In this document: in pieces, positions 18,589 to 25,497 of the stretch
How the letters are laid out: each line of letters opens with the position of its first letter
Numbering within the stretch: position 1 is the first letter of the stretch
DNA from: Candidatus Giovannonibacteria bacterium RIFCSPLOWO2_02_FULL_45_28
Lineage (GTDB): Bacteria; Patescibacteriota; Minisyncoccia; UBA11713; 2-01-FULL-45-33
Direction of reading: 5' to 3'
NCBI GenBank assembly: GCA_001780725.1
Contig: MFIM01000009.1
Span: 656-64,655, forward strand
Length of the DNA: 64,000 nucleotides
The notes under the pieces: model-generated
What the model was told of the DNA's origin: nothing
The model's input: only the letters and a program-made list of their open reading frames with translations
The model's database searches: none
Program-made: the position numbers and the translations under genes

Positions 18589-19661
18589 AAGACTATTACG
18601 AAATTTTGGGGGTGGGGAAAAATGCGTCTCAAGACGAGATTAAGCGCGCGTACAGAAAGTTGGCGCATGAGCATCACCCCGATAAAAAAGGGGGGGATGA
18701 GAAAAAGTTTAAGGAGATAAACGAGGCTTATCAGATTTTGGGAGACGAGCAAAAACGCCAGCAGTATGATAGGTTTGGCAAGACTTTTGCCGGAGGCGGC
18801 CAATCCGGCTTTTCCGGATTTGAAGGCTTTGACTTTTCAAATTTTGGAGGTGGGTTTAACGCGGACCTAGGCGATATCTTCGAAGATTTTCTTGGCGGGC
18901 TTGGCGGATTTTCCGCCCGAGGCGGACAAGGGCGCAGGCGCGAACGGGGCAGCGATATTTCTTTGGGTATTGACGCATCGTTTCAGGAATCCGTTTTCGG
19001 CGGGAGACGGAGCGTTGTTATTGAAAAAACTTCAAAATGTGAGATCTGCGGCGGCAACGGCGCAGAACCCGGAACTAATCTGAAAAAGTGTGCGACTTGC
19101 CAAGGCACAGGTACCGTCCGCGAGATGCGGCGTTCGCTTTTCGGAGCGTTTACAGCGCTTTCGGAATGTTCTCATTGCCGCGGCAGGGGAGAATCACCGG
19201 AACGCGCATGCAAACATTGCCGCGGAGCCGGGATTTTAAGAAAATCCCAAGGCGTGGAAATTATGATTCCTCCGGGCATTCGCGACGGAGAAGCAATCAA
19301 ACTTACAGGTTTAGGAGAAGAAGTTCAAAGAGGACAAGCAGGAGATCTTTATGTTAGGATTCACGTTTTACCGCATCATATTTTCAGGCGCGAGGGGTAC
19401 GATATTTTGATGGATTTGCATCTGCCGCTTTCAAAAATGCTTTTGGGCGGAGAAGAAATGATAGAAACACTGGAAGGAAAAATTTCGGTGCGTATTCCGG
19501 AGCTTTCCAAAGTGGGAGATTTTCTGCGTCTTCGCGGAAAGGGGGTTCCAAGGGGCAGGGGAAGAGGGGATTTGTTAATAAGGCTTTTTCCCAAGCTTCC
19601 CAAAAAGCTCACGCCGCGGGCAAAAGAAATACTTTCGGATTTGGAGAAAGAGGGGTTATAA
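18585..19661 (+). CDS. dnaJ: co-chaperone DnaJ
   Basis: J-domain with HPD (HHPDKK), a G/F region, and four CxxCxGxG zinc-finger repeats. Confidence 0.9.
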   Translation: MKDYYEILGVGKNASQDEIKRAYRKLAHEHHPDKKGGDEKKFKEINEAYQILGDEQKRQQYDRFGKTFAGGGQSGFSGFEGFDFSNFGGGFNADLGDIFEDFLGGLGGFSARGGQGRRRERGSDISLGIDASFQESVFGGRRSVVIEKTSKCEICGGNGAEPGTNLKKCATCQGTGTVREMRRSLFGAFTALSECSHCRGRGESPERACKHCRGAGILRKSQGVEIMIPPGIRDGEAIKLTGLGEEVQRGQAGDLYVRIHVLPHHIFRREGYDILMDLHLPLSKMLLGGEEMIETLEGKISVRIPELSKVGDFLRLRGKGVPRGRGRGDLLIRLFPKLPKKLTPRAKEILSDLEKEGL

Positions 19662-19669
19662 TGTAACTT

Positions 19670-20158
19670 ATGGCATACTTATCTTTATTGAAAAACCCGG
19701 CGTGGGATATGGTGTTTGTTTTTATGCTGGTTGCGGCAGGATTTTTTTGGGGCATTTCCGGCGGCAAGAAAAAAATGGCGATGGGTATTGTTGCGATTTA
19801 CGTTCTTACGGCTCTCTTCCCGTTTGTGTCGGTTGATTACCTTGCTTCCGGGCGCGCGCCAAACGAAGCCTTTATGTTCGGGGCAGGAGCGTTTTTGATT
19901 CTTTTGGTTCTGCTGGCGTTATTTTTGCTGCGCGCTTTCCGCGGCGTTTGGAAAGAAGACGGCGCTTGGTGGGAAATTCTGGTTTTTGCGATTTTGGCAG
20001 CTGGGTTTTTAATGACTTCCCTGATCGGTCTTGCCCAGCCGTCTATCGCAAAAAATAATTTTTTAAACCTTTCTCCATTAACTCTCAAACTCTTCGCCGA
20101 CCCAATCATCGCCAAATGGTGGACAATCCTCCCGATTTTCGGCGTGATGTTTTTGTAG
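19670..20158 (+). CDS. hypothetical polytopic membrane protein
   Basis: 4-5 hydrophobic helices; no recognisable motif. Confidence 0.4.
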   Translation: MAYLSLLKNPAWDMVFVFMLVAAGFFWGISGGKKKMAMGIVAIYVLTALFPFVSVDYLASGRAPNEAFMFGAGAFLILLVLLALFLLRAFRGVWKEDGAWWEILVFAILAAGFLMTSLIGLAQPSIAKNNFLNLSPLTLKLFADPIIAKWWTILPIFGVMFL

Positions 20159-20246
20159 CGCACGAATGTCGGCACTAGCTAGTTTTGCGGCCCAAATAGA
20201 AAATAAAAACAAAATCTGCCGGCTCCGATTCCCGCTGAAGTTCTCT

Positions 20247-20348
20247 TTATTGGCGCTTGTTTTTGGAGATTATGGTAGGCAAAGCCATCAGAACAATGGT
20301 CAAAGCAATGATAGCCCCGATAAGATAAATGATGAGCATGCTATTCAT
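20247..20348 (-). CDS. possible 33-aa hydrophobic peptide (MNSMLIIYLIGAIIALTIVLMALPTIISKNKRQ)
   Basis: Single TM-like peptide. No clear RBS. Confidence 0.2.
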   Translation of the reverse strand: MNSMLIIYLIGAIIALTIVLMALPTIISKNKRQ

Positions 20349-20470
20349 ACTTATATTTTAGCTGATAACCAACCGTGCTTCAGATAATTTTAATCCCATA
20401 GAATTTTATTCTAGCGCCTTGCTAACAACAGTCAAATAAATAGCCTCTCGCGCGTGTGGATAAACCCGTT

Positions 20471-20480
20471 GGGGGGGGGG
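20471..20480 (+). repeat. G10 homopolymer spanning the -35/spacer of the promoter of the 20503 gene
   Basis: gggggggggg read directly. Sits inside TTGGGG(-35-like)..17 nt..TGATACAAT. Confidence 0.85.
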
Positions 20481-20487
20481 CGTTATA

Positions 20488-20496
20488 TGATACAAT
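20488..20496 (+). promoter_or_regulatory. extended -10 (TGATACAAT) 6 nt upstream of the ATG; leaderless transcript likely
   Basis: Read directly. No Shine-Dalgarno sequence before the ATG at 20503. Confidence 0.45.
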
Positions 20497-20502
20497 GAAT
20501 TT

Positions 20503-22869
20503 ATGGTGAATTTTCGGATAAAATTAGCTTTGTTTTTAGTGATTTTCCTCTCTCTCTCTCTCGCACAGGCCAATGCCGCTTTTGACTTTTCTTTTGCCAA
20601 TCTTTCTCAATCCAACTCTCTTGCCTCCGTATGGGAAAATGTAAAAGACGACATACAAGACTCATGGGAAAACATAAAAGAGTGGCTACTTCCCGCTCCG
20701 CCGCCCCCATCAACCCCGCCAGGCGAGCAAAAACCGTCGCCCTCATCAACGCGCGGGAAAACATCCAATGTTGAATCCCCAAAAACATCGGATGTTGAGG
20801 AGCGCGTTTTCCCGGGCAACGATTTCGAAGAAGAAAGCAAGACAATCACATCTGAACAACCTCTCGCAACCGAGCGCGCTCCGGAACGCGTCACAGTTTC
20901 CACTAACGGAATTACAGAAGCTCGTCTTTTGCAGTCGCTCAATGCCTTGCGCGAAGAGCTATTGGATCGCTTCTCGCAGATTATCGTCTCCGCGCCCGCG
21001 CCGCTTACATTTCATGGTCCTGCGGAAACAACGCCTGCTTCCGTCGCTATGCTGGCTTTATCCCAAAGAATCAACAACCTATCCGGCAGTTCCAATTCCC
21101 CGCTTACCATCTCCGGAGCAACTTTCTCCGGCTCCAATACTTTTAGCCTTACGGATGCCGATGTTCCCGACGGCATCACTGCTTCCAGCTATCTCCCGCT
21201 TTCCGGAGGCACGCTCTCGGGCGCGCTTACCGGAACCAATCTTACTCTCTCCGGCAACCTCACCGTTTCCGGAGCTCAAACTCTTTCCGGCGCCATCACT
21301 ATTCCCTATCTCACCGCGACCTCCACCACCCAGCCCTCCACTTTCGCCTACAACGTCGGCATCGGGACGACGAGTCCGTGGGGGTTATTATCAGTACATC
21401 CCGACGGGATTACCGGTCCCGCTTTTGTGGTCGGTTCATCAACTGCAACAAACTTTATCGTAACTAACGGCGGCAACGTCGGGATTGGGACGACGAGTCC
21501 GACGGCGCTATTGCATGTGGCGCATACCACCGATATTAGTAAAACCTTAATTAACGCAACTTATCTCGGTTTCTCCAAATTTAAGTTGAGATACGATGAG
21601 GGTTCTAATTACCACATTTTGGAAATCTTTAACAGCACGCTTGCTGGGTTTGGTATTACTCTTAATGCAACAGATTGGACCAGTCGCACTGTGACAATAC
21701 GGGGACATATTGATGCTTCGATACCGCTGACCGTTCAATCTAATGACAACACTCCATCACTTGACATTTTCCAGGTGCGCAGGAGTGGCACTCTAATAGA
21801 CCTTGTGGTTAATTCAAGCGGCTTTGTAGGCATAGGCACATCCACCCCAAATTGGCTCCTGCAGGCGGCTGGAACGCGTCCGTTTTTTACCCTCTCCGAC
21901 ACCGCGGCGGGAACGGATTTGAAACATTGGTATTTGTCATCTCAAGGCGGCAATCTGTATGTGGGCACCACCACCGATGCCTATGCCACCACCACCAATT
22001 ATCAAGCATTGACTATATTAAATAACGGCAACGTCGGCATCGGGACGACGAGTCCATGGCGCACCTTTTCGGTGGCGGGGACGGTGGGATTCTCTTCTAC
22101 CCTAACTTCTTCTGCAACGGGAGATTACCTTTGCATAAATACCGACACATACGAGGTCTCAAGAGGCGCGGGAAGCATCTGCACCACTTCTTCCGAAAGA
22201 TACAAAGAGAATTTTGAAGAACTCGCCTACGGACTGGATTCCGTACTCAAACTTCACCCAATCTCATTTGAATACAAGCCCGAGCTTAATATCGGCCCAG
22301 GCCGCAGAATCGGTTTCACTGCCGAGGAAGTGATTAATGTCATTCCCGAAGCGGTTGTGCTTGATAAAGAAGGTCTGCCCAGCGGGGTTGAATACGAAAA
22401 ACTAACCGCGGTTTTGGCAAAAGCCATACAGGAGCTTTACCAAAAAATTATCTCGCTTTTTGATAAAGACAAGGAGCAAGATCAGCGCATCGCTGAGCTT
22501 GAAGCGCGTATAAATGCTCTGGAGGGAGGAGCGCCGGCGGCGGATACCTCCGCCTCCGCCGAGGCTTCGGCGGACAAGGAACCCCCGACCATCACCATCA
22601 ACGGCAACAATCCCGCGAGAATAGAAGTCGGCGCGGCATACAGCGACCTTGGCGCAACCGTCACTGATAATGTCAATGACAATCTCGGTATTGAAATGTT
22701 TGTCGGAGAAACGCCCATGGAGCAGGCATATATTGATACGAGCGAACCGAATACTTACCACATCACTTACCGCGCAACCGATCAGGCGGGTAATGTCGGC
22801 GAGGCGGTGCGTACGGTGGAGGTGTATAGCCAAGCGACAACAACTTTATCCGAAATCCCGTCTCCGTAA
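20503..22869 (+). CDS. secreted tail-fibre-like surface protein with peptidase S74 intramolecular-chaperone domain and C-terminal Ig-like (DUF5011-like) domain
   Basis: Signal peptide MVNFRIKLALFLVIFLSLSLAQANA; Pro-rich linker; three-to-four GNVGIGTTSP repeats; SERYKENFEEL..LHPISFEYKP..GFTAEEVINVIPEAV..AIQELYQKI matches the intramolecular-chaperone domain; PPTITINGNNPARIEVGAAYSDLGATVTDNV..HITYRATDQAGN is Ig-like. Confidence 0.7.
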   Translation: MVNFRIKLALFLVIFLSLSLAQANAAFDFSFANLSQSNSLASVWENVKDDIQDSWENIKEWLLPAPPPPSTPPGEQKPSPSSTRGKTSNVESPKTSDVEERVFPGNDFEEESKTITSEQPLATERAPERVTVSTNGITEARLLQSLNALREELLDRFSQIIVSAPAPLTFHGPAETTPASVAMLALSQRINNLSGSSNSPLTISGATFSGSNTFSLTDADVPDGITASSYLPLSGGTLSGALTGTNLTLSGNLTVSGAQTLSGAITIPYLTATSTTQPSTFAYNVGIGTTSPWGLLSVHPDGITGPAFVVGSSTATNFIVTNGGNVGIGTTSPTALLHVAHTTDISKTLINATYLGFSKFKLRYDEGSNYHILEIFNSTLAGFGITLNATDWTSRTVTIRGHIDASIPLTVQSNDNTPSLDIFQVRRSGTLIDLVVNSSGFVGIGTSTPNWLLQAAGTRPFFTLSDTAAGTDLKHWYLSSQGGNLYVGTTTDAYATTTNYQALTILNNGNVGIGTTSPWRTFSVAGTVGFSSTLTSSATGDYLCINTDTYEVSRGAGSICTTSSERYKENFEELAYGLDSVLKLHPISFEYKPELNIGPGRRIGFTAEEVINVIPEAVVLDKEGLPSGVEYEKLTAVLAKAIQELYQKIISLFDKDKEQDQRIAELEARINALEGGAPAADTSASAEASADKEPPTITINGNNPARIEVGAAYSDLGATVTDNVNDNLGIEMFVGETPMEQAYIDTSEPNTYHITYRATDQAGNVGEAVRTVEVYSQATTTLSEIPSP
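20548..20562 (+). repeat. (CT)7 dinucleotide tract inside the signal-peptide coding region (encodes LSLSLS)
   Basis: cctctctctctctctc read directly. Confidence 0.8.
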
Positions 22870-22887
22870 AAAATTATTTTTCTATAA

Positions 22888-22969
22888 TCCGCCCACCAGG
22901 AATCGAACCTGGAACCTTCTCCTTTCCGCCAAAGGACGGATCAGCCTCCGGCTGAAAAAGGGAGCTGCT
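22888..22969 (-). pseudogene. tRNA-Lys-derived 3' fragment (D-stem 3' side to acceptor end) carrying a 31-nt insertion in the anticodon loop
   Basis: T-arm and acceptor identical to the intact copy exactly 100 bp downstream. Shares an identical 57-bp segment (22913..22969) with the 5' fragment at 23343..23399. Confidence 0.6.
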
Positions 22970-22987
22970 TATAGAAACAGCGCTTTC

Positions 22988-23060
22988 TCCGCCCACCAGG
23001 AATCGAACCTGGAACCTTCTCCTTAAAAGGGAGCTGCTCTGCCAATTGAGCTATGGGCGG
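22988..23060 (-). tRNA. tRNA-Lys (anticodon UUU)
   Basis: Folded by hand: 7-bp acceptor CCGCCCA/TGGGCGG, D-arm GCTC..GAGC, anticodon loop CTTTTAA, T-arm CCAGG-TTCGATT-CCTGG, discriminator A. No encoded CCA. Confidence 0.85.
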
Positions 23061-23083
23061 AGGAAGCGCTGTGCTTCCACTAC

Positions 23084-23329
23084 TTAGCTTTTTAATATTT
23101 CATCCAAAAACTTTCTGCCAACGCCGGATTTCAAAAAATTTTCACGCTTTCGAGCATTCGTCTTATCGGCACAACTTTCTTGATACACCAACTCAAACGG
23201 CCCGTTTCTTCTCGTGAATTTATTGGAACCATAGTTGTGTTTCTTTAACCTTTCCCCTGGCAATAAATCTGTGCTTCCTACATAACGCTTACCATTTTTT
23301 AAACTTTTTAATACATATATGTACGACAT
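23084..23329 (-). CDS. GIY-YIG nuclease-domain protein (YazA/YhbQ-like, 81 aa)
   Basis: YIYVLKSLKNGKRYVGSTDLLPGERLKKHN...GPFELVY.E is the GIY-YIG pattern. Confidence 0.7.
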   Translation of the reverse strand: MSYIYVLKSLKNGKRYVGSTDLLPGERLKKHNYGSNKFTRRNGPFELVYQESCADKTNARKRENFLKSGVGRKFLDEILKS

Positions 23330-23342
23330 ATTTTCTTAGCGT

Positions 23343-23434
23343 AACCTTCTCCTTTCCGCCAAAGGACGGATCAGCCTCCGGCTGAAAAAGGGAGCTGCTC
23401 TGCCTCCGCCAGCCGGCGGATGAGCTATGGGCGG
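23343..23434 (-). pseudogene. tRNA-Lys-derived 5' fragment (acceptor to variable loop) with a 17-nt hairpin insertion in the D-loop and a 31-nt insertion in the anticodon loop
   Basis: Reverse complement CCGCCCATAGCTCA[TCCGCCGGCTGGCGGAG]GCAGAGCAGCTCCCTTTT[TCAGCC..GGCGGA]AAGGAGAAGGTT aligns to the intact tRNA-Lys apart from the bracketed inserts. Confidence 0.6.
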
Positions 23435-23535
23435 ATGATTTATTTTAACCCTTTTGGCTAATTTGGGCAAGCTTTGCGTTTTCCGTGCGCACTGGTATAC
23501 GCTTGAGGTAGAGAACCTATTAAAATGAGGTTAAA

Positions 23536-24339
23536 ATGAGCCGAAAAAGGATATTAATGTGCGGACCGCCGGAACATTACGGGGTTAAGTACGAGATCAA
23601 CCCGTGGATGAAAAAGAGCAATCAGCCTGATCGCGCAAGGGTCGAAATGCAGTGGCGATCTTTGAAAGACGCTCTTGAAAGAAGCGGCGTTTGGGTGAGC
23701 CTTGTGGGGCAGCTGCCGAATTTTCCTGACATGGTTTTTTCCGCAAATGCCGGAATTTTTAATCGGAACAAAAACACCGTCCTGCTTAGCCGTTTCCGTT
23801 ATCCGGAACGGCAAGGCGAGACGCCGGCTTTCCGTGACTGGTTTTTGTCGCAAGGTTTTAATTTTAAAACTTTACCTTCGGGGATTTTTTTTGAGGGCGA
23901 GGGCGACGCGCTGGTTTTTAAGGATAAGCTTATCTGCGGATACGGCTTCAGGTCTGATGAAGCCGGCGGCGTGCTCGCCGCGGAATTTATGGAGTTGGAG
24001 CCGATTACTTTGCGGCTTATAGATCCGCATTTTTATCATTTGGATACTTGTTTTTGCCCGATTCCGGAAAAGAATTTGATAATGTATTATCCGCCCGCTT
24101 TTGATAGCGCATCATGTTACATCATTGAAACTCTCGGAAATATTATTCGTGTTTCCCAAAAGGACGCGCTTGGTTTTGTTTGCAATGCCGTTGTGTTGGA
24201 TTCCAAACTGATTGCAACACAGGTGAGCTTAGAACTTAAGATTGAGCTTAAAAAACACGGCGTAGAAACAGAAGGAGTCAATCTTTCCGAATTCATTAAA
24301 GCCGGCGGCGCGGCCAAGTGTTTGACATTATTTATATGA
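23536..24339 (+). CDS. amidinotransferase/DDAH-like guanidino-group-modifying enzyme
   Basis: FYHLDTCFCP and a C-terminal GGAAKCLT (Cys nucleophile) suggest the DDAH/amidinotransferase superfamily. Confidence 0.6.
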   Translation: MSRKRILMCGPPEHYGVKYEINPWMKKSNQPDRARVEMQWRSLKDALERSGVWVSLVGQLPNFPDMVFSANAGIFNRNKNTVLLSRFRYPERQGETPAFRDWFLSQGFNFKTLPSGIFFEGEGDALVFKDKLICGYGFRSDEAGGVLAAEFMELEPITLRLIDPHFYHLDTCFCPIPEKNLIMYYPPAFDSASCYIIETLGNIIRVSQKDALGFVCNAVVLDSKLIATQVSLELKIELKKHGVETEGVNLSEFIKAGGAAKCLTLFI

Positions 24340-24374
24340 TGTGTTAAGTCTAAAGAAGGGGGAGGCGGTTCAAA

Positions 24375-25451
24375 ATGCAGAAAAAAATTTTGCTGACTGG
24401 CGGCACGGGTTTCATAGGAAGTCACATTGCTGCAAGATTGCTGCACAACGGATGCTATGTTTATTTTTTGGCAAGGCACGATGTCAGGTTTTCTGCCGAA
24501 GAACGCGTTTTGCGTTCTATGGCACCACTTTCAGCTATGCAGAGAAATCAATACTCGGTTTTGGAGTGTGACATAACATCTGACATTGCGAATATTAGCC
24601 TACAAGATGTGGACGAAGCATGGCATTGCGCGGCATCATTGTCATTTAAAGACGAAGATCGTATAGAAACACTGGCAACGAATGTCGGTGGAACAAAAAA
24701 CCTTCTTGAGCTTTTGGACAAAGTTGGAGTCAAAAGGTTGCATTTTATCAGCACTGCGTACGCATCCGGTCCAAAGTTTAATAACCCTTACGAAGAAAGC
24801 AAATCATTATCTGAAGAGTTGGTGCGCAAGTGGTCTTCAGATTCAAACAGTCAGTTTACTATCTATAGGCCATCTATAATTGTCGGTGATTCTCAAACTG
24901 GCTTTGCTTCTAAATTTGACGGCTATTATACTTGTGCTCGCAGTTTTCATTTGATAAAAAAATTTTTAGGCACGGATTTGAAAAGAAATCCTCGTAATTA
25001 TGATGAATCAGGCGTGTATTTTGATGGCGACATGCTGCATATGCCGGTTGCGTTTCCAGGGCTTCCGGAAACGCTCGTCAATCTTTTACCGGTCGATGTG
25101 GCTGTAAAAAGCATCATTGCTTGTTCTTCCGAAAGCGGCATGTTTTATATCACCAATAACATATCTATCAAGCTCAAAAAGCTTGTGAAAATGAGTATGG
25201 ATGTGCTTGGGATTTGCGATGTGTATGTTGGCGAGGCTCCGACAAACTCCAGCCCCGCTCTTTTGCGGCTCAATACACAAATTAAGCATGCTTCCAAATA
25301 TTATAGTCCTTATGCTTTTTATGGGGATTGCCCGACGTTCAATTGGTCCTCAACAACGCGAGCGCTGGGTAGGCCGATCCATTTTCCGATAACCGAGAAA
25401 TTCATTAGGACAATCCTCGGTTATGCAATAGAGGTCAATTTCAAGGGTTAG
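24375..25451 (+). CDS. NAD(P)-dependent epimerase/dehydratase or reductase (extended SDR)
   Basis: GGTGFIGSH Rossmann motif; YxxxK (YEESK). Confidence 0.7.
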   Translation: MQKKILLTGGTGFIGSHIAARLLHNGCYVYFLARHDVRFSAEERVLRSMAPLSAMQRNQYSVLECDITSDIANISLQDVDEAWHCAASLSFKDEDRIETLATNVGGTKNLLELLDKVGVKRLHFISTAYASGPKFNNPYEESKSLSEELVRKWSSDSNSQFTIYRPSIIVGDSQTGFASKFDGYYTCARSFHLIKKFLGTDLKRNPRNYDESGVYFDGDMLHMPVAFPGLPETLVNLLPVDVAVKSIIACSSESGMFYITNNISIKLKKLVKMSMDVLGICDVYVGEAPTNSSPALLRLNTQIKHASKYYSPYAFYGDCPTFNWSSTTRALGRPIHFPITEKFIRTILGYAIEVNFKG

Positions 25452-25497
25452 CTATTACAAAAGGCTGCCCTTTTTTGTTAGAATAAGAATAACTTAT

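Noticed and set aside
20768-21463. 231-aa Pro-rich alternative-frame ORF inside the tail-fibre-like gene
   Set aside because: An artefact of GC-rich coding repeats. The main frame carries the recognisable domains.
21353-22065. Roughly 30-nt repeated units (cgtcggcatcgggacgacgagtcc...) considered as a possible CRISPR array
   Set aside because: Only three irregularly spaced copies. They are in-frame coding repeats (GIGTTSP) of a tail-fibre-like protein, with no spacer-repeat periodicity and no cas genes.
22880-23440. 57-bp direct repeats considered as attL/attR of an integrated prophage or ICE at tRNA-Lys
   Set aside because: Only one small GIY-YIG gene plus a tRNA lies between them, with no integrase or other phage genes. 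Interpreted instead as a homing or duplication event.
25452-25497. Possible terminator hairpin AAAAGGCTGCCCTTTTTT after the SDR gene
   Set aside because: The stem is mostly A-T with a bulge. Too weak to call.
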